Positions 10,463-19,514 of a DNA stretch of 64,000 bases are shown one piece after another. Made by a program: the position numbers and the translations under genes. The stretch is from Promethearchaeota archaeon (GTDB lineage Archaea; Asgardarchaeota; Lokiarchaeia; Sigyniarchaeales; SOKP01). Positions within the stretch are counted from its first letter, which is position 1. The number at the start of each line of letters is the position of its first letter. The stretch covers positions 34,411 to 98,410 of the forward strand of contig JAEOTA010000017.1 of the NCBI GenBank assembly GCA_016840085.1, given 5' to 3'. Below the pieces are notes generated by a model. It was not told the DNA's origin. It did not search any database and saw nothing but the letters and a program-made list of their open reading frames with translations.

Positions 10463-11272
10463 ATGGTTAATAATCAAACTCTAAATATAAAGGAAGAATC
10501 AGAGAAAACAGTAGAACTTCCAGCTTTAGATTTTTTTAAGATAAACTTCATTAGCTTTTTGGTGCCCTTATATGTATGTTTAGGGATATTCTTAATGTTT
10601 GAATTTGGATTTATAAAGTTATTTTCTATTCCCATTTTACTGCATTTAAGTATATTACCAGGATTTCTATTTTTCTTATATTATATTTATCTTATAATAT
10701 TGATTGAAATTGTTGCTCTTTGGGTCAGATATTGGAATAAGAAATCACCGCCACAACAAGGCGTTTTTGCAAGGGTACTTGATGATTTCAATAGTCCTGA
10801 AGGAAAGATGATGAAATATTATCACAAACGCGGGTTCATAATTAAATTCCCAGTCTGGTTAACGTCTAAATCACCATTTCCATGGTTAGTTAATCGAGCA
10901 CTTCGTAAAATAGGCCATAATAAAATTGGGAAAAATGTTATTTATTGCGATGGTTATGCAGGACTTGAATTTACTAATTTAAGTGATAATGTATTTATTT
11001 ACCCAACTAGTGCTTTGTCAAGTCATGCTGTAAATACTATTTTTGGGAAAATTACAATGCTGGAAATGAAATTAGGGAAAAATACAACTCTATATCCTGG
11101 AAATATAGTCGGTCCAAATGTTGTTACAACAGAGAATAATGTGATCTTTCCAAATACTGTTTTGCATAAGAATTGGAGAGGTAGACCAGAAAAATTTTAT
11201 TATCAAGGCAGCCCTGGAAAATCTATTGAGGTTGATCATCTTCCAATAAAACAAAAAGAATATTCAGAATGA
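10463..11272 (+). CDS. Membrane protein with a left-handed beta-helix (acyltransferase-like) C-terminal domain
   Basis: Two N-terminal hydrophobic segments; hexapeptide-like repeats KIGKNV, KLGKNT, IVGPNV; terminal YQGSPGK. Confidence 0.6.
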   Translation: MVNNQTLNIKEESEKTVELPALDFFKINFISFLVPLYVCLGIFLMFEFGFIKLFSIPILLHLSILPGFLFFLYYIYLIILIEIVALWVRYWNKKSPPQQGVFARVLDDFNSPEGKMMKYYHKRGFIIKFPVWLTSKSPFPWLVNRALRKIGHNKIGKNVIYCDGYAGLEFTNLSDNVFIYPTSALSSHAVNTIFGKITMLEMKLGKNTTLYPGNIVGPNVVTTENNVIFPNTVLHKNWRGRPEKFYYQGSPGKSIEVDHLPIKQKEYSE

Positions 11273-11394
11273 TTGTTAAAATCCTTATAGATGATCAAAT
11301 CGAAAAAATCCATGAAAATTCAGTTGTTTTCTTCGAAAAAATTAATTTTTTGGAAATTTTCCTTGGTTTTGTAGAAATTCTCTATAACTATTAA
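11269..11394 (+). pseudogene. 5' remnant resembling the N-terminus of an MttB-family methyltransferase
   Basis: ATGA-coupled frame MIVKILIDDQIEKIHENSVVFFEKI resembles the MttB LSxDQIExIHxxSxxILExIG motif; the resemblance ends at the convergent stop codon. Confidence 0.4.
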
Positions 11395-12826
11395 TCTTAT
11401 CTAAAACTAATCCTGCTAAATCCAAGCTCTCAAATACAGGAACAGCCTTATTTAATAACTTCATTTTAAACTTGTATCTACTTTTATATTCTTCAAAACC
11501 TTCATTAATCTTTAACATAACACAATACATCGGTTTAGTGGAGATATTTTTCGCTTTAGAAACGTATCTAATGAATTCTTTATTCAAATCTGTTCCTTTA
11601 AAACCAATTTCTTCTAATATATCTTGAAAGCCACCAAATCTTTCAGGATCTTTAATGAAAACAATTGATGATATGTTTGGATCCTTATCCAATGCGAGGA
11701 TTGTCCTGTAGTATATATGAGGTTGAATGCCGCTTCCACCGAGATCAATTGGATTAGTAACATTTGTATTAACATCAGGGAGAAATCTTTGCATTTTTTG
11801 AATAGTTTTTTCTGTTAGACTTGGGATAATTAAGTTATGTTTTTCAAGAATATCTATAGCTTCTATGGTTGATCCTCCCCCAATTCCAATGACACCTACG
11901 TTTCGTGTATTTGGTAAATGAGTTAAATTAAAAGCTGAAGCTAATGCTGCAAGTTCATTTGAATTACTTACAATACAACTACCAGTTTGCTTACCAACAG
12001 CTTTCCACATTTCATTATTCCCTGCAAGACCCCCAGTATGAGAGAGTATCGCTTTTTTTGTTGCTTCACCGAATCCTGCTCTCCAAAGTATGACTGGTTT
12101 TCTATTTAAATTACACTCCTTTACTACTCTCATAAATTTTCTCCCTTGTTTTGTAGTTCTAAGGTTTTCAATGTATAAACCTATGATTTTTGTATAATCA
12201 TCTTGATTGAAGTATTCTAAAAATTCTACTGGTGATAAATCTAAAGCATTTCCAATTGAGATAAATTTTGAAGCGTAAAGCCCATAAGAAACCACTAGCT
12301 GTGACATATTTTGTGCAATGCCCCCTGATTGAAATACTCCACTAAAATTTCCTGCTTTTTTAGATTGCTCAAAAGCAAAAAAAAGACCTGCTTTTGGATT
12401 GTACACTCCCAAGCAATTTGGACCAATTATTCTGATATTATACTGTCTGGCAATATCTAAAAGTTGTTTTTCTAGATCTTCATTTCCCACTTCACGAAAT
12501 CCTGATGCAAAAACAGTTACAAAAGGAACACCTTTCTTTCCAATGTCTTCCATTAATTTGGGGCATAAGCGCGCAGGAACAGCTAAAATTACATAATCTA
12601 TAGGATCGTCAATATCTAAGATTGACCCGTATATTTGATATCCATATAATTTTTCTCCAACTAGTTTAGGATTGAATAGATATATTGGTCCTTTAAATCT
12701 GTCTTTCATGCATCTAACAAAAAAACTTCCTCCTCTGAGATCGAGACTTATACCTATAATTCCAATAGATTTGGGAAAGAATAATCTGTTAAAATTAATT
12801 TTTTGTGTTTGTTTTAAGGCAGACAT
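11342..12826 (-). CDS. ADP-forming acyl-CoA synthetase, alpha subunit (CoA-binding)
   Basis: LFFPKSIGIIG, IIGPNCLG, QSGG, SIGNALD, phospho-His SHTGGLAG, NPIDL. Confidence 0.9.
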   Translation of the reverse strand: MSALKQTQKINFNRLFFPKSIGIIGISLDLRGGSFFVRCMKDRFKGPIYLFNPKLVGEKLYGYQIYGSILDIDDPIDYVILAVPARLCPKLMEDIGKKGVPFVTVFASGFREVGNEDLEKQLLDIARQYNIRIIGPNCLGVYNPKAGLFFAFEQSKKAGNFSGVFQSGGIAQNMSQLVVSYGLYASKFISIGNALDLSPVEFLEYFNQDDYTKIIGLYIENLRTTKQGRKFMRVVKECNLNRKPVILWRAGFGEATKKAILSHTGGLAGNNEMWKAVGKQTGSCIVSNSNELAALASAFNLTHLPNTRNVGVIGIGGGSTIEAIDILEKHNLIIPSLTEKTIQKMQRFLPDVNTNVTNPIDLGGSGIQPHIYYRTILALDKDPNISSIVFIKDPERFGGFQDILEEIGFKGTDLNKEFIRYVSKAKNISTKPMYCVMLKINEGFEEYKSRYKFKMKLLNKAVPVFESLDLAGLVLDKINSYREFLQNQGKFPKN

Positions 12827-12892
12827 TAAAAATTCCTTATAAAATAGATAAAAAGGTTGTATAAAATAAAACAATTCAACTAAAAAATTTTA

Positions 12893-13618
12893 TTAATAAG
12901 ACCTTCCAAGTAATTTATTCAATAAAACAATATCATCGGTAAAAATTCCATCAACACCTAAATCAATTAATCTTTTCATTATTTCTTCCTCATTGACAGT
13001 CCATACATTAATTTTGAGACCTCTCTCATGAGTAAATTCTACTAATTTTTTATTAACTGCCATGTGATAGGGATGAATCGCATAAAATTCATTAACTACT
13101 GCTCTTTTTATATATTGCTTAATAGGTTGAAATTTTATAAGTGCTTTAGGTATTAAATAGCCTAATTTTAACTTTGCTTCAATTTCTTTTATTTTTAATA
13201 ATTCTATTATTTCAAAACAACTTACTATAGAAGATTCAATAAGATTATTCTTTCTTAAAATATTTACTAAATCATATACTAGTCCTGGAGCTTTAATTTC
13301 TGGTTGAAGTTTTATCTTTCCCTTTGAAATTTTTATTAATTCTCGTAAAATAGGTATTTGTTCCCCTTCTCCAGCATTTAATTTTTTAAGCTCTTCAAGA
13401 GAGGTATCTTTAATCGTTTTTAACACTCCAGTTGTGCTAAGTGTATCCGCATCATGATGGATAATAATCTCATTATCCAAAGTGTAGTGGATATCAAATT
13501 CAATATAGTCTGCCTTTAATTCAATCGCTTTTTTAAATGCTTTAAGTGTATTTTCAGGCGCAATAGTACTGGCTCCTTTATGACCTATAACTAATAAATT
13601 CTCTTCTTTTTCACTCAA
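12893..13618 (-). CDS. Glycerophosphodiester phosphodiesterase
   Basis: GHKGAS..PENTL, IEFDIH, HHD, EIK, WTVN, GIFTD. Confidence 0.93.
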   Translation of the reverse strand: MSEKEENLLVIGHKGASTIAPENTLKAFKKAIELKADYIEFDIHYTLDNEIIIHHDADTLSTTGVLKTIKDTSLEELKKLNAGEGEQIPILRELIKISKGKIKLQPEIKAPGLVYDLVNILRKNNLIESSIVSCFEIIELLKIKEIEAKLKLGYLIPKALIKFQPIKQYIKRAVVNEFYAIHPYHMAVNKKLVEFTHERGLKINVWTVNEEEIMKRLIDLGVDGIFTDDIVLLNKLLGRSY

Positions 13619-13644
13619 AAATATCCCCTAATAAAGAAAATACT

Positions 13645-14382
13645 TTATCTTTTTAAAATTTGATTTGCAATTGGAACATCATTAGTTATAATTCCATCTA
13701 CGCCCTTTTTTATTAAATTTTTAATCTTGAGTTTAAGATCGACAGTCCAAACATTAACTTTAAGGTTTTTTCGATGAGAATATTCTATAAATTCATCATC
13801 CACCAAGAATATAAATGGATGAATAAATGAAAATTTATATTTCGCCGCTTTATCGATTGCTTTTCTTTTAACGTGCCATTTTTTCCATTTTGGATTCTCA
13901 TATATTGTTCCCTCATATGGAATTAAAGATGCAAATTTCAAGTTAGGTTCGATTTTTTGAATTTTTACAAGTTCTTTAAACATAAAGGAGCACACTATTG
14001 TATTATCTATAAGATCAGCATCCCTAAGTATTTGAACTATCTTTTTTCCAATATTTTTAGATTTCAATTCAATTAGCAATCCAATTTTATCTTTTGCCAT
14101 ATCAACAATTTCTTGCAGTATTGGAATTTTCTCTCCCTCTCCAAAATCAAGCGCTCTCAATTCTTTTAATGTCATCTCCTCTACAAAACCTTTATGTCCT
14201 GTAATTCTTGATATATCTGGATCATGGGTAATTACAAGTTCTCCATCACTAGATTCAAAGACGTCAAATTCTATAAAATCAGCTTTCAAATCTATAGCTT
14301 TTTGGAAAGCTTTTAAAGTATTTTCAGGCGCTATACTGCTTGCTCCTCTATGGGCAATTATAAATATTTCTTTATTTTCCAC
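13645..14382 (-). CDS. Glycerophosphodiester phosphodiesterase (paralog)
   Basis: AHRGAS..PENTL, IEFDV, THD, ELK, WTVD, GIITND. Confidence 0.93.
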   Translation of the reverse strand: MENKEIFIIAHRGASSIAPENTLKAFQKAIDLKADFIEFDVFESSDGELVITHDPDISRITGHKGFVEEMTLKELRALDFGEGEKIPILQEIVDMAKDKIGLLIELKSKNIGKKIVQILRDADLIDNTIVCSFMFKELVKIQKIEPNLKFASLIPYEGTIYENPKWKKWHVKRKAIDKAAKYKFSFIHPFIFLVDDEFIEYSHRKNLKVNVWTVDLKLKIKNLIKKGVDGIITNDVPIANQILKR

Positions 14383-14457
14383 TTTTTACAATATCCTCTT
14401 TTTTTACATTTATAAAAGTATAAATCTTCAATTTTTTTAATTTGCTTCGTTTCAAAT
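14366..14457 (-). repeat. Copy A of a ~92-bp inverted repeat (promoter, SD and GTG start of GDPD2)
   Basis: Reverse complement aligns to 17389-17481 with 8 mismatches and 1 gap. Confidence 0.9.
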
Positions 14458-14781
14458 GCAAATAAATTGAGTAAGAATTTTTTCTTACATTTTGGTTTAT
14501 TTAATTAAACATTCATCTTAGCAAAATTCAGAACCAAGTTTTCATTAAATATCGGTTTGTTACATGGTTTTAAGAGTTTAACCTTCAATTTCGCAAACAA
14601 TATCTTAATAATAAATTAATAACTCATGCTAAAAATTTATTAGTATAAAATGTTAAGACTTATATGAAATTTGTTTGTTATTATCGACAGATATAATCAA
14701 TGAAAGGATAAATTTATAAGGAGTATTTATTTTTAATATTTCTGATACAATAAAAATAGGTAGGAAATAATCTACTAAACC

Positions 14782-14796
14782 GAAAAGTTTAAAAAG
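14782..14796 (+). promoter_or_regulatory. BRE/TATA-like promoter of the TFS-like gene
   Basis: GAAAAG-TTTAAAA about 40 bp upstream of the ATG. Confidence 0.5.
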
Positions 14797-14832
14797 AGAA
14801 TATAAAGAAAAAGAGTTGTGATCTAAGAAATT

Positions 14833-15084
14833 ATGCGCTTCTGTGATAATTGCGGCAACATGTTGATCCCAAAAAATGGTAAATTATATTGTAAAGCCTG
14901 TGAAGAGGAATTTGAGTTAGGAAATGATAAAGAAGGCTATAAGATCCAAAAAAAGATTAGACATGATGAAAAAGAAGCAGCTCCAATAGTAATAAAAGAA
15001 GGTTTAAGAGGAGAGAGAATATCTAGTGACGATCGGAAAGCATACGAGGATCTCTTCTCAGGCAGTGAAGCTGATTCGTACTGA
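14833..15084 (+). CDS. TFS/RpoM (RPA12/RPB9/RPC11)-like protein with only the N-terminal zinc ribbon
   Basis: MRFCDNCGNMLIPK..LYCKAC is the typical N-terminal ribbon; no C-terminal ribbon or ADEP loop. Confidence 0.75.
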   Translation: MRFCDNCGNMLIPKNGKLYCKACEEEFELGNDKEGYKIQKKIRHDEKEAAPIVIKEGLRGERISSDDRKAYEDLFSGSEADSY

Positions 15085-15224
15085 TTTATGCTTTTTTTGA
15101 GATCTAAGGTTAGATCACTTATTCTTCTTTAATTTTGTAAAATATTCGTATCCTTTTTAGCTGTTGAAATATTTACAAATCTTAAGTTCTTTAATTATAT
15201 TAGAAATAATTGGGGATATTTTAA

Positions 15225-15620
15225 ATGACTGAAGAAAAAAAGAAAAGGCTTAGAGGTTTTGCAGGAATTGTATCCAAACAGGTTGATCAATTAAATAGTA
15301 TTGAGAAATTCAAAGAAGATTTTAAGGATACAGAAATTAAAATTATGTTGAATGCAACAGATGCTAAAAATGCTGCCATAATTATTATTGACAAAGGTAA
15401 AATTTTTGTAGAAGGCGTTGACACCAAACCAAAAAAAAATCTAAAGAAGAAAAATGCAGGGTGGGACGCCCGATTATCAGCAAAAACCCAAATATTCGTT
15501 GATCTTTTAACAAGTGAAAATCTTTCAATTGGAAGTGTTTTGCCAAAAATTTTAACATTTAAATTGAGGATAAAAAAGTTAAAAAAGGCATTAACTTTAC
15601 TAAAATTATTTACATATTAA
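15225..15620 (+). CDS. SCP2 sterol/lipid-binding-like protein
   Basis: 131 aa; pattern IIIDKGKIFVEG..WDARLSAKTQIFVDLL..ILTFKLRIK resembles the SCP2 fold. Confidence 0.55.
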   Translation: MTEEKKKRLRGFAGIVSKQVDQLNSIEKFKEDFKDTEIKIMLNATDAKNAAIIIIDKGKIFVEGVDTKPKKNLKKKNAGWDARLSAKTQIFVDLLTSENLSIGSVLPKILTFKLRIKKLKKALTLLKLFTY

Positions 15621-15710
15621 ATAATCTCTTTTCTGAGATCCATTTAGAATTTGAAATTTTAAAAAAAAATTTTTTATCTTCTAATTAAAAACCAATAAAT
15701 TTTAGTGAGT

Positions 15711-16133
15711 TTATAAAAATATAGTAGATAAAGATAGCATTTTTTCCTTTAAGAGATTGATATCTTCTTCATCTTTTAAGGATTGAATTATTACATTTTT
15801 ATCTTTTTCTGAAATCTCTTGGAATGTATCAATAAATTCTCTTAAATAAATAATTTTCTTAGTTTCATTCTCTTGGATATTAGAAATAACACTATTAATT
15901 CTTTCTTCGATAGTATGAATTTTTTCTTTAGCTTCTCCAGACAAGATTTTTTCTTTAGATCCTACAATTTCTTGTAATACTTTATTGTTTTCTATAATTT
16001 TCCGAGCAATTTCTTTAAGCATATCTTCTCTTGATAAAATTGGTAAACTTGAAAGATATTTTTCCATCTCAGAATTTTTATCCTTAATTTCTCTAATAAA
16101 ATCAAGTATTCTGTCCTTATTTCCTTTCTCCAT
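15711..16133 (-). CDS. Hypothetical helical protein
   Basis: 140-aa ORF with normal composition; no recognised motif. Confidence 0.65.
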   Translation of the reverse strand: MEKGNKDRILDFIREIKDKNSEMEKYLSSLPILSREDMLKEIARKIIENNKVLQEIVGSKEKILSGEAKEKIHTIEERINSVISNIQENETKKIIYLREFIDTFQEISEKDKNVIIQSLKDEEDINLLKEKMLSLSTIFL

Positions 16134-16140
16134 ATATTAA

Positions 16141-16600
16141 TTAAGTCTTGTCTAAATTTTTAAATTTAACTGTCTTCAAATGCACTACCCTCCCATCTTG
16201 TAATATTCCCTATGTTTCATTGTTAAGATCTTAAAAAATTGACTTTCGAGGAATTTTACAAGCTATAGAATTATCCTTACAGAGAAAATAGATGGTAGCG
16301 ATCATTTTCTGCCTATGAATATCATGATTTTTTTTCGTTTTCGAATTTCATTTTTAGAAAGTTCCGAAAGTGAGCAAAAAAACTCATCTAATGTGGTTTT
16401 AAGTTCCTTTTGAAAAGTATCCGTAAATTTATCAGAATTCTTTTCAAAAATGGATTCTGAAGGATACTCATGGTATTGGGTAAATAGAGGTTGTATCTGT
16501 TTTTTGAGCTTTAAATCAATATCACCTTATTTGGCTATCGCTTCCCAATATTCAGGGATTTTGGTCTCAACCATTTTTAGTATATCCTCATTTTTATCTG
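16141..16600 (-). pseudogene. Decayed gene of unknown function
   Basis: About 100-codon frame (..MVETKIPEYWEAIAK*GDIDLKLKKQIQPLF..FIGRK*) with one internal TAA at 16527-16529, followed by a further broken frame (DLNNET*GILQDGRVVHLK..). Confidence 0.45.
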
Positions 16601-16900
16601 TTAGTAGTATAAAATAAAAAGAGGTTCACCTAAATAAATACTAACTGAGAGATAACATTGTAATTTTCAACTACTCTTCGTAATGACTTGGGTAATATCA
16701 ATGAATATATCTTACCTGAAGAAAAAAAGAAGGTTAAAAAAGATATTATTAAAGAAAAGAAGAGAGTTATATTATATTACTCTTTTAGATTTGAAATTGA
16801 AAATTAATTTTGTTTTATCCATAAAGATTGATCATAATTATCTTCATCCCAAATGTTATAAACTTTAGCATAAACTTTAGGATATTTTTTATAAGTTCTT

Positions 16901-17284
16901 CTAACAGCATTCTTTACAATTCTTACATTGAAGAAATATTTCTCTTATTAATTCAATTTGCTCTAAACCGTATTTAGTGAATCTTACGAGTATTTTTTTT
17001 GGTTGAGAATCTTTAACTAGTACTAACTCGATATAATTGTTCTTTACTAATTTTTTAAGATGTGAAGAAAGAGTACTAGGATAATAATCTAACTTGTTAA
17101 TTATAGCAACTAGACTATTATCATTATTTTTTAGATATAACTCTTCATATAAGAAATTAAAGATATTAATCTCTGTTAAAAGAAAATTCTTAATGTCTAT
17201 ATCATTAAAATTCTTAGATCTAAGTAAAAAATCGCGAGGCTTCCTATTATCATATAAATTATAACTATAATCAGTATCTTCCAT
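16901..17284 (-). CDS. Winged-helix (MarR/ArsR-like) regulator with a Cys-rich C-terminus
   Basis: PSTLSSHLKKLVKNNYI..VRFTKYG wHTH pattern; terminal CKNCKECC. Confidence 0.7.
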   Translation of the reverse strand: MEDTDYSYNLYDNRKPRDFLLRSKNFNDIDIKNFLLTEINIFNFLYEELYLKNNDNSLVAIINKLDYYPSTLSSHLKKLVKNNYIELVLVKDSQPKKILVRFTKYGLEQIELIREIFLQCKNCKECC

Positions 17285-17388
17285 GAAATAACTATAACAT
17301 ATCAGATATATAAAACAAAGGACTAGAATAGTTTATAACGATATAAGGAAAAAAAATTATTACATATTAGAAGAAGAGGGAGGGAAAG

Positions 17389-17481
17389 ATTTGAAACGAA
17401 GAAAATTAAAAAAAATAAAGATTTATAATTTTATAAATGTAAAAAAAAGGGGAGATAGTAAAAAGTGGAAAATAGAGAAAT
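17389..17481 (+). repeat. Copy B of the ~92-bp inverted repeat (promoter, SD and GTG start of the RNase III gene)
   Basis: About 90% identical to the reverse complement of 14366-14457; contains AAAGATTTATA/TTTTATAAA, GGGGAG and GTG. Confidence 0.9.
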
Positions 17482-18199
17482 GAAAAATAAATTGAGAGAT
17501 TTCCAAGAATTCATAGATCACAAATTTCAAAACGAAACATTATTGACACAAGCTTTAACTACTCCGCAATTCGGAAATGAGATATGTAAACCCAATTATG
17601 AGTTCTTAGAAACTTTAGGAGATGCTGTAATTAAAATTATTTTTATATTAAAATTGTATCGAAAAGGGATAAAAGATCCTGGAAAAATAACTAAAATTAA
17701 AGCTTCCTTAGAGAGCGATAAAACCTTAAAAAAAGTAGCGAAGATAATGAATTTGCATGAATATATATTTAAAGCTGATAAGCAACGAGTAAAGGGTACA
17801 AGAATTTTAGCTGATATATTTGAAGCAATATGTGGAGCGGTCTTTCTTGACTCAGGCAATAATCTAAGTATTGTAGAGCAGAAAATTATTGATCCTTTCT
17901 ATGAAAATTTAGATATTAATAATCAAAATTTAAATTTGTATAAAAAAAATGAATTATTGGAATTTTTACAAGAGAGATTTAAAACAAATATCTATATATT
18001 GCTTGATTATGAAAAAAGGGGTCCAGAACATGATACAAGTTGGATTGCTAAAAATCCTAAGATTTTAGAGAAAGATAAGCAAAATGAATTGTTAAAGCTA
18101 CCAAAAGATATTAAATCTGAGAAATTCACGAAAAAGAAGGATGCTGACAAGGACATATACTTTAAGATTTTAGATTATTTAAAAAATGAGAATTCCTAA
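17465..18199 (+). CDS. rnc: Ribonuclease III family protein with a divergent dsRBD
   Basis: QALT, NYEFLETLGDAV (signature), LADIFEAICGAVFLDSG; C-terminal KNELLEFLQ..GPEHD..TKKKDA. Confidence 0.88.
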   Translation: MENREMKNKLRDFQEFIDHKFQNETLLTQALTTPQFGNEICKPNYEFLETLGDAVIKIIFILKLYRKGIKDPGKITKIKASLESDKTLKKVAKIMNLHEYIFKADKQRVKGTRILADIFEAICGAVFLDSGNNLSIVEQKIIDPFYENLDINNQNLNLYKKNELLEFLQERFKTNIYILLDYEKRGPEHDTSWIAKNPKILEKDKQNELLKLPKDIKSEKFTKKKDADKDIYFKILDYLKNENS

Positions 18200-18474
18200 A
18201 TTCATTTCTATTTTATAAGATATTTCTCTTATAAATTTTATTTTCATGGAGAATTCATAAATATTTATGAATATTCTAATTAATTAGAACATTAAATTTT
18301 AATAGAGTTTTCGTACTTACATATCCGATATAAATATGATTATCTGAAAAAGTTTAATTTTGCGTTATAATATTATAAAGTTCAATTTACTGAAATCTAT
18401 AAAAATTTAGATTGCTTTATACTTACATATAATATTTTGAAATTCAATGCTTAAATAACTAATGTGAGTAAATT

Positions 18475-18765
18475 TTGTCTTTTACGAAAGATTGTTGGGA
18501 ATGTGGAAGAACAGTATTTATTGAGGAACAAGTTTGTTCTAAATGTGGATATGATTTTGCGTCACATCCTCAAGTGATGCCAAAATGTCCGTATTGCGAA
18601 AAGGAACTTCATCTGCATGATTTTTTTACAACGACGTTAGACAAAAAGGGTAGAAAGCGTGTTGTAGGATTTATCGGTGAGAAGAGGGGTTCTTATATGA
18701 AAATGTGGTATTGCCCTTTATGTGGGAAGATATTAGGGTTCTCAGATGCAGATAGAAAACTTTAA
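18475..18765 (+). CDS. Double zinc-ribbon protein
   Basis: CWEC, CSKC, CPYC, CPLC. Confidence 0.75.
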   Translation: MSFTKDCWECGRTVFIEEQVCSKCGYDFASHPQVMPKCPYCEKELHLHDFFTTTLDKKGRKRVVGFIGEKRGSYMKMWYCPLCGKILGFSDADRKL

Positions 18766-18836
18766 AATCCAAATTTTATATTTTTTTTTTAATTTCTATT
18801 CAAGCAAAAAATAATAAAAAATAATAACAGATTATT

Positions 18837-19514
18837 TTAATTTAGAGAAGTATTACATTCTGGACATATTTTTGAAGATTTTTTAATTTCACATCCACAG
18901 TATTCACAAATCATCATTTCTTCTTTCTCAACTTGAACTTCTTTCTCTGGTCTGTCCCATTTCTTATAAACACTAATGATAGGTTTTTTTTCGGGTATTT
19001 TAGCTCTTCTTCTCAAGAATAATAATCCCACTATGAGGATAAATACACTAGGTAATACTAACACTAGTAAATACGAAACATCAAAATATTCTAAAGTTGT
19101 CCCTGTAGCTGAACTTGTTGTTCCTGACACTACTTCTATTTCATAAAACCCTGAACCTGAATTAACTTTAACTTGAATATAGTAAGTTCCAGTTTTTGAG
19201 GCTGTAAAATGCATTGTTTCCCCTGTATTGGACCTGCTATCAACTGAAAATCCATTTATCATATAGGGGGTTTCTGCTATTCTTAATGCTATATCCATTC
19301 CCCAAAAAGTATCAATATCTACATCAATTGTATATTGAGACCCTGCTTCCAAAGTTATTACATATAATTTAATATCAAAATTCCAAGCATGTTCTGATGA
19401 TTTACGTGAATTAAGATGTAATCTTGTAGGTAACGCAAAGGGAATTGTTGCAGTAAATAATAAAGGTATTAGACAACCAATAACTAATATCAAAATAGGA
19501 TTAACTTTTTTCAT
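18837..19514 (-). CDS. Single-pass membrane protein: PPC-like ectodomain and cytoplasmic zinc ribbon
   Basis: N-terminal signal-like segment, LEAGSQYTI..GTYYIQV beta-sandwich, TM helix, CEYC/CPEC. Confidence 0.7.
   Translation of the reverse strand: MKKVNPILILVIGCLIPLLFTATIPFALPTRLHLNSRKSSEHAWNFDIKLYVITLEAGSQYTIDVDIDTFWGMDIALRIAETPYMINGFSVDSRSNTGETMHFTASKTGTYYIQVKVNSGSGFYEIEVVSGTTSSATGTTLEYFDVSYLLVLVLPSVFILIVGLLFLRRRAKIPEKKPIISVYKKWDRPEKEVQVEKEEMMICEYCGCEIKKSSKICPECNTSLN

Noticed and set aside
16683-16868. 61-aa Lys-rich ORF
   Set aside because: Low-complexity sequence within a decayed region; an alternative frame looks equally protein-like, so neither can be supported
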